This document shows positions 49,610-59,111 of a DNA stretch of 64,000 nucleotides, one piece after another. This stretch comes from Terriglobia bacterium (GTDB taxonomy: Bacteria > Acidobacteriota > Terriglobia > 20CM-2-55-15). Location of the stretch: positions 32,001 through 96,000 of the forward strand of contig CAXWPJ010000002.1 in NCBI GenBank assembly GCA_963664115.2, given 5' to 3'. How positions within the stretch are numbered: position 1 is the stretch's first letter; each line of letters begins with the position of its first letter. The notes below the pieces were generated by a model. It saw nothing but the letters and a program-made list of their open reading frames with translations, was not told the DNA's origin and made no database searches. Made by a program: the position numbers and the translations under genes.

Positions 49610-50317
49610 TTACAGATGCATACGAGCGTCGACTGTATCGACAACCGATTCCACGGTTCGCAGATATCTGTCGAACAGTGCAAGAGCGTCAACAGTTTTC
49701 GAATTCCCCCGGCCTTCCTTCAACTCTTCGATCTCCAGGAAAACGTCCTCTTCAAACCGTATATGTTTTCCCAGTGCCTTGAGTGCGTCGATTTTGCGCG
49801 GTGGAACCTCGTCCTGGTAGAGTCGTAAAGCGGCACGGAACAACACGAGGATCGTTGAAAGCGAATCGATCATCATGTCGAGCACCCGCCGGGGTTTTCC
49901 TTCGGTCAGCAAAAAGCCTTCTCTGAGACGGATCAGGCTCGACTTCAGTTCGTGTTCCAGTATGAGGCGAAGGTTCTCCTTGTGAATCTCGATCTGGTCC
50001 AGGACATCTTCACCGTAGAGCACCCGATGGGATTCCTGGATGTCCATCAGTTCTATTGGAAAGACGTCTGCGGATTTTTGAAGACGTTCCGGGGTGAAGA
50101 AGAGTGGCGAGGGATTACCCGCTTTTCGCCATGCGCGCGACGTTTTGGATAATGCCGTCAGCTCGCGCAAGCCCAGGGAGTCCGCGACAACAAGAATATT
50201 GTAGTCGGAGCGCTTGCCCGTATGATCGCCCGCAGCCGCGGATCCGTACAGAATGACCGAACGAATGCCGGTTCCCAGGGCTTGCTGGAGCTTCAGTGCC
50301 AGGTCTTCAGGTTTCAA
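49610..50317 (-). CDS. Nucleotidyltransferase-domain protein
   Basis: SVILYGSAAAGD....SDYNIL, DVFPIELMDI. Confidence 0.8.
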   Translation of the reverse strand: MKPEDLALKLQQALGTGIRSVILYGSAAAGDHTGKRSDYNILVVADSLGLRELTALSKTSRAWRKAGNPSPLFFTPERLQKSADVFPIELMDIQESHRVLYGEDVLDQIEIHKENLRLILEHELKSSLIRLREGFLLTEGKPRRVLDMMIDSLSTILVLFRAALRLYQDEVPPRKIDALKALGKHIRFEEDVFLEIEELKEGRGNSKTVDALALFDRYLRTVESVVDTVDARMHL

Positions 50318-50351
50318 GGCATTCCCCCCGCTCGACAGATTCTAGATATTA

Positions 50352-51098
50352 TTACCAGGAGCGTCCCGCGCCTCCGCCTCCGGACATGCCGCCACCGAAT
50401 CCTCCGAATCCACCCCCGCCGCCGCGTCCGAAACCGCCGCCCCCACCCATACGACCGCTCGACAGCAACATCAGGGCAAGCCAGGGATGTCTGATGATGA
50501 AAGGCAGCAGAAACAAAAGAACGATGAATCGGAGCAAACCGCCCAGAGGGTTTCGGGTTTGTGCGACCGGAGCCGGGGCCCCGATCGCTCCGGTCAACTC
50601 TACGCCGGCGCTGTTGGCAATCAGTAGTGCCAATGTTGCGGCTCCGGCAGTCACTCCCGCCCCGTACTGGTCCTGTCTGAAGGCTGGCAGAACCGCTTCG
50701 TCGAGAATGCGGCCGGCCCTTCCGTCGGGAATGATCGCTTCCAGTCCGTAACCGACTTCAATCCATACCTGCCGGTCTTCTATGGCAGCCAGCAGCAGCG
50801 CGCCGTTGTCTTCGCCGGATTGGCCGATTCCCCAGCGTTCGAACAGGCGATTCGAAAAATCGGAGATTTCCCCACTCTCGAGCGAAGTGAGTGTGACCAC
50901 TGCGACTTGTGCTCCCGTCTTTTGTTCCAGCTCTCTGAGTAGAGTTTCGATGGAGTTGGCGTCAGGTCCAATGACTCCCGCGAAATCGTTGACGAGACCC
51001 TGGAACCGAAGCCCTTCGAGGAGCGCATCCGTCTGGAACGCCGCGGCAGGCGAAACCAGGAGCAGGCAGAGGATGAATGGGATTGCGATTCGGTGCAT
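50352..51098 (-). CDS. TPM domain protein (YgcG-like)
   Basis: VNDFAGVI, LFERWGIG..DNGALL, IEVGYGLE, Gly-rich tail GGGAGRSW. Confidence 0.9.
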   Translation of the reverse strand: MHRIAIPFILCLLLVSPAAAFQTDALLEGLRFQGLVNDFAGVIGPDANSIETLLRELEQKTGAQVAVVTLTSLESGEISDFSNRLFERWGIGQSGEDNGALLLAAIEDRQVWIEVGYGLEAIIPDGRAGRILDEAVLPAFRQDQYGAGVTAGAATLALLIANSAGVELTGAIGAPAPVAQTRNPLGGLLRFIVLLFLLPFIIRHPWLALMLLSSGRMGGGGGFGRGGGGGFGGFGGGMSGGGGAGRSW

Positions 51099-51277
51099 GA
51101 ATCTCGATTGTAGCAGTCATTTAGAATGGCGGTCATGAGGGTAACAACGCATCCGGTCGACGTTTCTTGTGACGATTACCCTGTGCTCCCCGAGCGGATT
51201 CCTGAAGGACGAGCAAAACTTCTACGAAATGTTGCGGATGACTCAAGATACGATAGTGATTCAAGGGGAGGAGGACG

Positions 51278-51559
51278 ATGAAGGCAATTTGGAATGGTGT
51301 GGTTATAGCGGAAAGCGGGGCGACAATCGTCGTCGAGGGCACGCACTACTTTCCACCGGATTCTATTCGGCCCGAACACCTTCGCGACAGTAGTACCCAT
51401 ACGATGTGCTCCTGGAAAGGGCAGGCGAGTTACTACGATGTTGTCGTCAACGGGGAATCCAACCGGGATGCAGCCTGGTATTATCCCGAGACGATGGAGG
51501 CCGCCAACAACATCCGTGACTACGTCGCTTTTTGGAACGGAGTCGAAGTCATTCCGTAG
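51278..51559 (+). CDS. DUF427 domain protein
   Basis: MKAIWNG.VIAES, VEGTHYFP, CSWKGQASYY, AAWYYP, YVAFW. Confidence 0.9.
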   Translation: MKAIWNGVVIAESGATIVVEGTHYFPPDSIRPEHLRDSSTHTMCSWKGQASYYDVVVNGESNRDAAWYYPETMEAANNIRDYVAFWNGVEVIP

Positions 51560-51965
51560 GCAACGCGCCTGGGGGAGAGGGCTGAGGTCCCGGCGGTTTG
51601 CGGAGAGTGATCTTCACGTCTGCGTTGGGGCAAGTGATCACATCGTCGAACTGCAGTGTCTGCCGCTTGGCGATAGGGTCTCCGTTGACGAGGAGGCCCT
51701 GGCGTTGTCCCAGGTCGATCAGTTCCAACCGTTCGTCCTCGTAGCGTATTTCGATCGAATTGCGCGACATGCCGCGGTCCTGGATCGCAGCATGATTTAA
51801 GTCTCCTCTACCAATGCGGAAAGGAAACGACTTTAAGGGAATGAGTCGGGGCTGGGTGAGGGCGTCCGCCGAGTCCACTGTTTCTGCAAGCTCCGGGGCG
51901 AACTCCACTCTGGAGGCTGGCGACACTTCCAAGATGGCTATGAGGTCCTGATTTCCTGGTGGCAT
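51549..51965 (-). CDS. FHA domain protein
   Basis: FRIGR, MSR, LIDLG...GLLVNG. Confidence 0.65.
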   Translation of the reverse strand: MPPGNQDLIAILEVSPASRVEFAPELAETVDSADALTQPRLIPLKSFPFRIGRGDLNHAAIQDRGMSRNSIEIRYEDERLELIDLGQRQGLLVNGDPIAKRQTLQFDDVITCPNADVKITLRKPPGPQPSPPGALPTE

Positions 51966-52368
51966 TTCTTTGGGTGGGGCCTTAGGTTAACGGGAGAGAT
52001 CGCCGAACGGCTCAGAACTCTTCCGGTCTGTAACCGCTCCACTGGAGCCCGTTCCCACTGCATCCATGATCTTAGTCGAGGGAGGTCGGACGGGTCAAAC
52101 ATCACTTTTCGACTTACTGTCCGAGCGATGCTGAACCCATGCAGACCTGAAATGATGTTCTTTGAGGGTTAGGGCGAACGGATTTCAGGCAAGCTGGGCC
52201 GGCACGTTTGGCAGATATCTGTTGCGACGGGCTCAGGTTAACCTCAGCCCGCCATCGGATGACGCTGAACGGGTGTCGGACGGTTGAGTCCGGCCGTCGG
52301 AATCGCCCGTGGCACGGCGAAGTGACTTGCCGATTGCTCCCAACGCAATTTTATAGTCTGATTCACGG

Positions 52369-52578
52369 GTGACTGGAAATCGAATCGAAGTCGACGTGAA
52401 TCAGTCCGGAGGTGTCAAATACAGGGTCGATTTCATTGGCGGCGATGGCCGCCTGCTCAAACAGGACCTGAGCAATCCCGCCAGCTACGAGATCGAGGGC
52501 AACGAGACCTACGTGAGGGCCAAAGTTGTCGATACCAATGGAAACGTTGCCTGGACCCAACCGGTGATGCTCGAGTGA
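52369..52578 (+). pseudogene. C-terminal fragment of a PHP-type metallohydrolase
   Basis: FIG.DG..L....YVRAKVVDTNGNVAWTQPV with no upstream catalytic domain. Confidence 0.5.
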
Positions 52579-52653
52579 TCAAAGAAATTGCGCAAGCGCT
52601 GACGGGGAGAGCGCCGGCTGGCTGTGTGACATCAAAAAGAAGGCGTTCCGAAC

Positions 52654-53886
52654 TCAGGCGGGCTCTATGTAAGAACTGTTGATCTCTGCGACGGATGTCA
52701 CGCCCGCTTCCTGCATCACACGGCGGAACTCCCGACTCAGAATTCTGAGGACCTGCTCGACCCCTGCCTGACCGAAAGATCCGAGTCCCCATACATAGGG
52801 CCGTCCGACACAAACGGCGTCGGCACCGAGTGCCAGCGCTTTGAAGATGTCGGTGCCACGACGAAAGCCACCGTCGATGAGTACGGGAATCCTGCCACGC
52901 ACGGCCGCTACGATTTCGGGCAGGCTCTCGATCGTCGAGCGGCCACTCGCTTCCGCCCGGCCACCATGATTCGAGACGATGATGCCGTCCACACCATGCT
53001 GCAGACACAGTGCGGCATCTTGCGCGGTCACAATGCCCTTCAGCATGACCCGCATGGAGGTCGCGGATTTAAGCCTTTCCACAAAATCCCAGGTCAATCC
53101 GGACGCCTGGGTGCTTTCCACGCCTGTGAGGTCGATGCCGGTCCACATGGCCCGGTTCCTCAACCGCTCCTCGGGCGGGCCTTCAATATGACAGGCAGCA
53201 CAGTCGGCGGTGTCCATTCTTCGGTAGCGCTCGAAGGTCTCCATATTCCGCGGTGCAGCGCGGTCGACCGTGATGGCGACGACCGGGCACCCAGCCTGCT
53301 CGGCCCGCCGGGTCAGACCTTCGGCGATGTGCCAGTGATTCGATGGGTAGAGCTGAAACCACACCGGGGCGCCCCGTGCAGCCGTCACATCCTCAACGGT
53401 CCGGCTGGTCTGCGTCGACAGGATCTGCGTGTGCCCCCCGGCTCTGGCGCCTCGCGCCGACGCGACTTCGCCATCCGCGTGGTACTTGCCCTGTCCGCCA
53501 ACCGGTGACAGCGCGATCGGCGTTTCCCAGCGTTCGCCGAAAATACTTGTCGCAGTGTCAACCTCGCGGACGTCCACCATTCGCCGAGCGCGGATTCGAA
53601 ACCGTTCGAAACCCATGCGGTTGGCTAACACGGTCTCATCACCGTCCGTACCCGAAACCGTATAGCCGTAATGAGCCGGCAACATGCGCATCTTGGCTGC
53701 GGGTTCGAAATCAAACACGTTTAGCGCTTCTTCGGCTGCGTTGATGAGCTCGACGGGCAAATCGTCCTGTGCCCAGAGTTTATGTGTCAGCAACGGCAAA
53801 ACTCCCGAACCCGCAAGCAACGGTGTGCCCGCCAGGAACCGGAGAAAACCACGTCGGTTAGCGATCGACTCTTTTCTGTCTGACAT
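52654..53886 (-). CDS. Tat-exported FMN-dependent alpha-hydroxy-acid oxidase/dehydrogenase with a CxxCH motif
   Basis: NRRGFL Tat signal, WFQLY, ITVD, LKG, SNHGGR, DGGFRRGTD, GRP; CAACH at 53188-53202. Confidence 0.9.
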   Translation of the reverse strand: MSDRKESIANRRGFLRFLAGTPLLAGSGVLPLLTHKLWAQDDLPVELINAAEEALNVFDFEPAAKMRMLPAHYGYTVSGTDGDETVLANRMGFERFRIRARRMVDVREVDTATSIFGERWETPIALSPVGGQGKYHADGEVASARGARAGGHTQILSTQTSRTVEDVTAARGAPVWFQLYPSNHWHIAEGLTRRAEQAGCPVVAITVDRAAPRNMETFERYRRMDTADCAACHIEGPPEERLRNRAMWTGIDLTGVESTQASGLTWDFVERLKSATSMRVMLKGIVTAQDAALCLQHGVDGIIVSNHGGRAEASGRSTIESLPEIVAAVRGRIPVLIDGGFRRGTDIFKALALGADAVCVGRPYVWGLGSFGQAGVEQVLRILSREFRRVMQEAGVTSVAEINSSYIEPA

Positions 53887-54134
53887 TACTCCCCCGTTTG
53901 CTCATTTGTTTACTGAAGGTTCCACCTTAATCGGGATAGTCCTCCGGAGCTTTCCGCCCGATCGTCCCTCTGATCACCGGAACCTGTTCCTTCCTGTGGT
54001 GGCAAGATTGATAGGGATCTGCCTTGCCAGGGAAGTCTGGCGCATACACGATAGTCATCTGACTGCCTTTCTTGTGGGCAGTCCAGGTCGAGGGCAACCT
54101 CAGGTAGAATCGAATCTCTCCGAAGCGCGATGAT

Positions 54135-55223
54135 TCAATTCCCGTTTTCGACGTATTTCGTCACGCCCCTGAGTTGGGCTTCCGCCGTGTAGATATTGCC
54201 CTCGGGGTCGATCGCGATACCTTCGCCCATCGCACCGGTCGGAGAATCCGTCGGGTGTGCCGGAATGAACATGGTCACTTTCCCGTCTCGAAGGCTGCCG
54301 ATCCGGATTCCTCTCAGCCAGCCCGGGTGTCTCGTTTCGCTCGACTCGGAGTCGGCGGCGTAGATGACATCATTGCTGTCGATGGCCAGCCCGCTGACGC
54401 GTCCAAATTCAGCGTATTCACGGATGAACCTGCCGTCCTTGGTCAGTATCTGGATGCGATGGTTGTGGCGATCAGCGACGATGAGCCGGCCCTGGGAATC
54501 GAACGCTAGCGCATGCGGCGTCCGGAACTCCCCCGGCCCCGTTCCGGTCTTGCCGATCACTCTGAGGAAGTTCCCATCTCTGTCGAAGACGGAGATGCGC
54601 CCGATCAGGTTGGGATCGTTTACGTTCGTATGGCTCTCCGCCACGTACACGTCACCATTTCCCGGGTCGGTCACGACGCTGGTCGGGTCAGTCAGAGCTT
54701 CGGGAGGGTTTCCGCTCACACCCGGCGTCCCAAGCGTCATGAGGACACTGCCTTCGGGGCTGAACTTGAGGACGACACTTCCGTTGTTGCCCTCGGCTCG
54801 TGCGTCGGCGACCCACACATTTCCGTCTCGATCGACATGGATGCCATGCGGCCAGACGAACATCCCGCTGCCAAAGCTTAGGATCTCATTTCCAGACTCA
54901 TCGAAATGGTGGACCGGGCTCCCTTGGCTGCCGACACAGCCCGGGGTCGTCCCGGGTGAGCATCGGTCGACGGCCCACACGGACCTGCCATCGGGGTCAA
55001 TGGCGACGCCGTTGGAGCCGCCCCATGGTCTTGACTCTATATCGAACTGTGCCCAGTCCCGGATGACGCGGTAAGGATTGGGGCCGCTGTTGACGGGCTG
55101 AACTCTGTCCGTCTCGGCCGTGCCTCCCGCCTGTTGCGTGTGAGCACTCGTTGCCACCAGGGCAATCCCGACGGCAGCAATCACCACCATCAACCAGAAC
55201 CTCACGAAACCTGAAATGCTCAT
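54135..55223 (-). CDS. Secreted NHL-repeat protein (PAL-like beta-propeller)
   Basis: WPHGIHVDRDGNVWVAD, GPGEFRTPHALAFDSQGRLIVADRHNHRIQ. Confidence 0.85.
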   Translation of the reverse strand: MSISGFVRFWLMVVIAAVGIALVATSAHTQQAGGTAETDRVQPVNSGPNPYRVIRDWAQFDIESRPWGGSNGVAIDPDGRSVWAVDRCSPGTTPGCVGSQGSPVHHFDESGNEILSFGSGMFVWPHGIHVDRDGNVWVADARAEGNNGSVVLKFSPEGSVLMTLGTPGVSGNPPEALTDPTSVVTDPGNGDVYVAESHTNVNDPNLIGRISVFDRDGNFLRVIGKTGTGPGEFRTPHALAFDSQGRLIVADRHNHRIQILTKDGRFIREYAEFGRVSGLAIDSNDVIYAADSESSETRHPGWLRGIRIGSLRDGKVTMFIPAHPTDSPTGAMGEGIAIDPEGNIYTAEAQLRGVTKYVENGN

Positions 55224-55365
55224 GTCTATGCTCCTTTTCAGTTCGGTAAAGAATATTAGAGGAAGGAACTAGAAGCAAACAAACTCTCAACGCTAGATCA
55301 GCGCCAGTAGATTTGCCAATCCTCAACGTCCGGGAAGATGATTTCTCAGGACTTGACCCGGAAAA

Positions 55366-55425
55366 CTACGGCACCGGCAACCGTTCCTTCAGTTCTTAAA
55401 ACCAGTTCAGGACGGTGTTGATTTG
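55366..55425 (-). pseudogene. C-terminal tail remnant of a Ser/Thr kinase-PD40 type protein
   Basis: QINTVLNWF*ELKERLPVP* with an internal stop. Confidence 0.55.
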
Positions 55426-55636
55426 GCTCGACGAAGGACCGAGAACCTCAAGACTGGAATGGTATAACTGGAAAATCATCTGTTAGATAAGTGACGTATC
55501 TGTGCCAATGACTTTAAGGACGTACCGCGAACTTCAGGTGAATATCTGCTCGGTCTTTCCATGATGACTCCAATCTTCTCAAGTTATGGAGTCTCCGGAA
55601 AACCCGGGGCGGTGCAAACGGTCCGTTCGGTCTGGA

Positions 55637-56659
55637 CTAGCGGTGACGCGCCCATCGGGCGCCCGCGCATTCTCCGACAACCGTCAAATGTCGCTCCGGG
55701 GCATCGCCACCGACAAACGGATGGGGGTCGGCGGGACCGCGGAACCTCAAGGCATTGATCTTGTCCAATGTCTTGTCCTGCGCGACATGGCTCGCGATGT
55801 AGACGTCAGCCCGCGCCCGCATCACGATCTCGCGGTACCGTCGTGCCGCTTCGTAGTAGGCTTGGAACCCCTCTGCGGGGGTTGAATAGTAGCGGTTTCC
55901 GACCCGGTTTCCGCCCCATATCGAGCCCATGTGCCACTGCTCGCCATCCTTGAGCGGGACCAGGGCCGAAACAGTGCCGAGGGTATGACCCGGCGTTATG
56001 TAGAGCCTCACGGTCGTGTCGCCGAGCGTCAGTTCCATACCATCGGTGATCACCATGTCCCTCTGAGGCTTCCCCTCCTCGGGACCGTTGGAGCTGGCCA
56101 TTAGATCCCAATCCAACTCGGACAGGAGAATGCGCGCACCGTAGGTATCCTGAAGATGCCGCGCACCGCCGGAATGGTCGGGATGGCCATGGGTCAGGAT
56201 GACATATTTGATGTCGGCTGGATCGAGACCGAGCGTCCTCAGTCCCTCGTCCACGGTCACTTCAACGCTGTAGTCGTAAACCGCGTCAATAAGGATGATG
56301 CCCTCGGAAGTGGTGATCGCCCAGGCGGCCACCCCTTCGGCAGTCACTCCCGGTTGCAGTGTGGCGAGAAAATACAGGTTATCGAAAACCTGCGCCGGAG
56401 GCTGGAACCAGTCGGAGCGCTCGAGCTGCCTGCGCTCGGGGGGTGCAGCCGCGCCACCGGCCTGGGACGGTGGGGCCGGTACAGGCTCAAAACAGAGTCC
56501 GTCGAACACCCAGCTGAAATCATCCCCAGGGTGATACGTGGCCGCCCGGGCGGCAGCTACGTGGACCTCACCCGGATCTTCCTGAGCCGCCAATGCCTCT
56601 GCGCTGAAAGACGCAAACCACAGGACCGAACAAATCAGAGCTATCCAATAGCGCTTCAT
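55637..56659 (-). CDS. Secreted MBL-fold hydrolase, subclass B3 beta-lactamase-like
   Basis: VFDNLYF, TSEGIILID, LTHGHPDHSGG, TPGHTLG, ASH. Confidence 0.85.
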   Translation of the reverse strand: MKRYWIALICSVLWFASFSAEALAAQEDPGEVHVAAARAATYHPGDDFSWVFDGLCFEPVPAPPSQAGGAAAPPERRQLERSDWFQPPAQVFDNLYFLATLQPGVTAEGVAAWAITTSEGIILIDAVYDYSVEVTVDEGLRTLGLDPADIKYVILTHGHPDHSGGARHLQDTYGARILLSELDWDLMASSNGPEEGKPQRDMVITDGMELTLGDTTVRLYITPGHTLGTVSALVPLKDGEQWHMGSIWGGNRVGNRYYSTPAEGFQAYYEAARRYREIVMRARADVYIASHVAQDKTLDKINALRFRGPADPHPFVGGDAPERHLTVVGECAGARWARHR

Positions 56660-56878
56660 GACTCTTCTTCCCCCTCAGACAGTGACATTCAATCATTAAA
56701 AACATGGTTCGGGTGCTGGGATTGCGCCAACCATGCGCGAGTTTGGTGCCGGGTTCGACGGGCACGGTTAGTTGGTCGGCACGAGACGTTGATCTTGTAT
56801 CGGCCGAGTTATGTTCCTGATTCCATCTTGTCAGTGTATCGCTTGTTGAACCGTAAGAAACTCGGTAAAGAATACTAA

Positions 56879-56904
56879 GAGAGAGAGAGAGAGAGAGAGA
56901 GAGA
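56879..56904. repeat. (GA)13 microsatellite
   Basis: 26-nt perfect dinucleotide run. Confidence 0.95.
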
Positions 56905-56923
56905 GTTAGGCGCTATTAAATTC

Positions 56924-57035
56924 TCAAGTCCTGAGAAACGATTTCGGATCAACCGGTCGATGCAACACTTTACTGAAAAGGAGAGGTGAAGTGTTGCATC
57001 GATCTGTTGAGACCACCTGATTTGTCGGGACTTGA
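56924..57035. repeat. Long palindromic hairpin element, copy 1
   Basis: Outer arms TCAAGTCCTGAGAAA / TTTGTCGGGACTTGA; inner stem TCGATGCAACACTTTA / TGAAGTGTTGCATCGA. Confidence 0.7.
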
Positions 57036-57044
57036 CCCGGACAA

Positions 57045-57100
57045 TCAGGGAAGCGGCACCCGTTCCTTCAGTTCTTCAAACCAGTTGAGGACGATTTGCG
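57045..57100 (-). pseudogene. Second kinase C-terminal tail remnant
   Basis: QIVLNWFEELKERVPLP* with no upstream gene body. Confidence 0.55.
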
Positions 57101-57319
57101 TCTGAGCGCTTCTGTCATTCCGATTCCATCAACCAACCCACCCGAGATAGGGGGGCGACGACCCTCAGCGGCCCGTGCTATCTTCATCCGCCGACACGAT
57201 TGACAAACACTTGTACGAAAACTAAACTTCGCTCAAAGCAACGCGCGGCATGTCCTCGTCCTCCCGGGTGAGACTATCTTACGAAATCCCCGTTCCCGCG
57301 TTGCTCAGGAGGTGTTCGC

Positions 57320-57715
57320 ATGTTCCGGACTCTACAAATTGTTTTATTTTGCTTCTGCTTTGCGGCAGTGGCCGTGGCGCACCACAACACGCTTGCCGTA
57401 TACCTCATGAATGACACGATGACGCTGGAGGGAACCGTGACGCGTGTGGAGTGGCGAAACCCGCACATATGGTTCTACATCGATGTCGTCGATGACGCGG
57501 GAGACGTCACGAACTGGGGTATAGAATTCCAGACCCCTCCCTTGAGAATGGCCAGGGCCGGCTGGACGCAGGAATCGTTGCAGGTTGGCGACGTGGTCAT
57601 GGTGGAAGGTTCTCTTCCGAGAAACAGCGAACTCAAACGACTCTTGAGCCAGAGGACGATCCTGTCGGACGGCAGACTACTGGGCGACAGAGCCGGGAAC
57701 AATCCGGCGGGATAG
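57320..57715 (+). CDS. DUF6152 family protein
   Basis: Signal peptide, AHH, LEGTVTRVEWRNPHIW, NWGIE, GW. Confidence 0.8.
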   Translation: MFRTLQIVLFCFCFAAVAVAHHNTLAVYLMNDTMTLEGTVTRVEWRNPHIWFYIDVVDDAGDVTNWGIEFQTPPLRMARAGWTQESLQVGDVVMVEGSLPRNSELKRLLSQRTILSDGRLLGDRAGNNPAG

Positions 57716-57790
57716 TCCCAGTCAAACCCAGAGCACGTTAAGGAAACCTGATGCGGTCACCTTGCCGCACGGTCGATGAGAGGTATTGAC

Positions 57791-58555
57791 ATGAAGAATG
57801 GCATTCAGTTTGCACTGTGTTTCGTGATTCTAGTTTGCGCCGTCTCGTGTGCCCCCGTCCCGGACGCCGCCCAAACGGATTGGGATCCGAGGGACTTCGG
57901 GGGTATTTGGCGGAACAGCGCCAGAGACATCACGACGGTGTTGCAGCCGGGCGAGGAGATCGCGTTTACACCCTATGGCGCCGAGCAGCACAGGACTTTC
58001 GATCTTTTCGACTATTCCACCAAGGGATGCCTGCACAAGGGGCTCACCCGGCAGTTGCTCTCTAACGCTCTTTCGCAGTTCGCCTACGATCCCCGGCTCG
58101 AGCAGATGATCCTCTTGCACGAGGACCACTACCGCTGGCGGTCAATCTACATGGACGGCCGGGAGCATCCCCCTGAGGCCTACGCATTGCCGGAGCCGGC
58201 GGGACATTCGATCGGCCACTGGGAGGGCGACACCCTGGTTGTGGACTCGATCGGCTTCCGCGACAGCACCTATCTGGACACGGGCGGGCTGGGGCACAGC
58301 AGCGACTTGCATCTCACCGAAAGGTACACCCGGACGGGGCCGGACACAATCGAGTGGGTGGTGACCATCGAGGATCCGACAGTTTTCGTCCATCCGTTTA
58401 CCTTGCAAACGCAGTTCACTCGGGAGCCTCCAGATATCTTTCTCATGTATTACGACTGCGACAACGAACAGGACCTCGAGCACCTGGAGTCGTGGATCCG
58501 AGGCGAGGAAGGTGAACTTCACCAGAATCCCGAGGTTTTCGTGTTCCCCGAGTGA
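57791..58555 (+). CDS. Secreted/lipoprotein hypothetical protein of the type paired with DUF6152
   Basis: DFGGIW, R.IYMDGREHP, GHSIGHWEGDTLVVDSIGF, HLTERY, TIEDP. Confidence 0.75.
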   Translation: MKNGIQFALCFVILVCAVSCAPVPDAAQTDWDPRDFGGIWRNSARDITTVLQPGEEIAFTPYGAEQHRTFDLFDYSTKGCLHKGLTRQLLSNALSQFAYDPRLEQMILLHEDHYRWRSIYMDGREHPPEAYALPEPAGHSIGHWEGDTLVVDSIGFRDSTYLDTGGLGHSSDLHLTERYTRTGPDTIEWVVTIEDPTVFVHPFTLQTQFTREPPDIFLMYYDCDNEQDLEHLESWIRGEEGELHQNPEVFVFPE

Positions 58556-58839
58556 TGTGAGATAGCAGGAAGTTCCTCAGTCGAGCCTTGGCGTGATTGT
58601 TGGGAGAATCCCGGTTTCGTTTCCGGGAAGCCGGGATTCGAACAGCAGAGTCCGGGCCGGTTTCGAGCCCGCCGAGTCAGACGACCTCTGCGCGTGGCAT
58701 TATCAATTTAACTCCGCCCGGAGCTCAATGCCAGGATGAAGAAGCGCCGGTCCCCCTACCATAGGCATCGTTTTAGTGTGCCGCTTATTAAACTGTAAAA
58801 ATCTCGGTAAAGGATACTAATGCAGTTAGGCGCTATCAA

Positions 58840-58940
58840 ATTCTCAAGTTCTGAGAAACGAATTTCCCGGACGTTGAAAAATCCCAGTAAATTGCCCAAT
58901 TCTCAACGTCCGGGAAGATGATTTATCAAGACTTGAGAAT
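58840..58940. repeat. Long palindromic hairpin element, copy 2
   Basis: ATTCTCAAGTTCTGAGAAACGAATTTCCCGGACGTTGA / TCAACGTCCGGGAAGATGATTTATCAAGACTTGAGAAT; single arms also at 55320-55356 and 60498-60536. Confidence 0.75.
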
Positions 58941-59111
58941 GGATTTCAGCTCTTTATCCAGTATCAGTCGTTGGCGTGGACATAAGAAAGCCCAGGGATC
59001 TCTTGGCACCCTGGGCTCTACAGTCAATCCCTGGGCTCGGACTTGCCGGACTTCTCTGACAGTGGTGTTTGAGGGAATCCGTATCTGGTTGATTTGTTGT
59101 GGTACGCCACT

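Noticed and set aside
55637-56659. Acquired carbapenemase or resistance gene
   Set aside because: The HxHxDH B3-like fold is evident, but the N-terminal extension and context fit a broad environmental hydrolase family; activity cannot be inferred from sequence.
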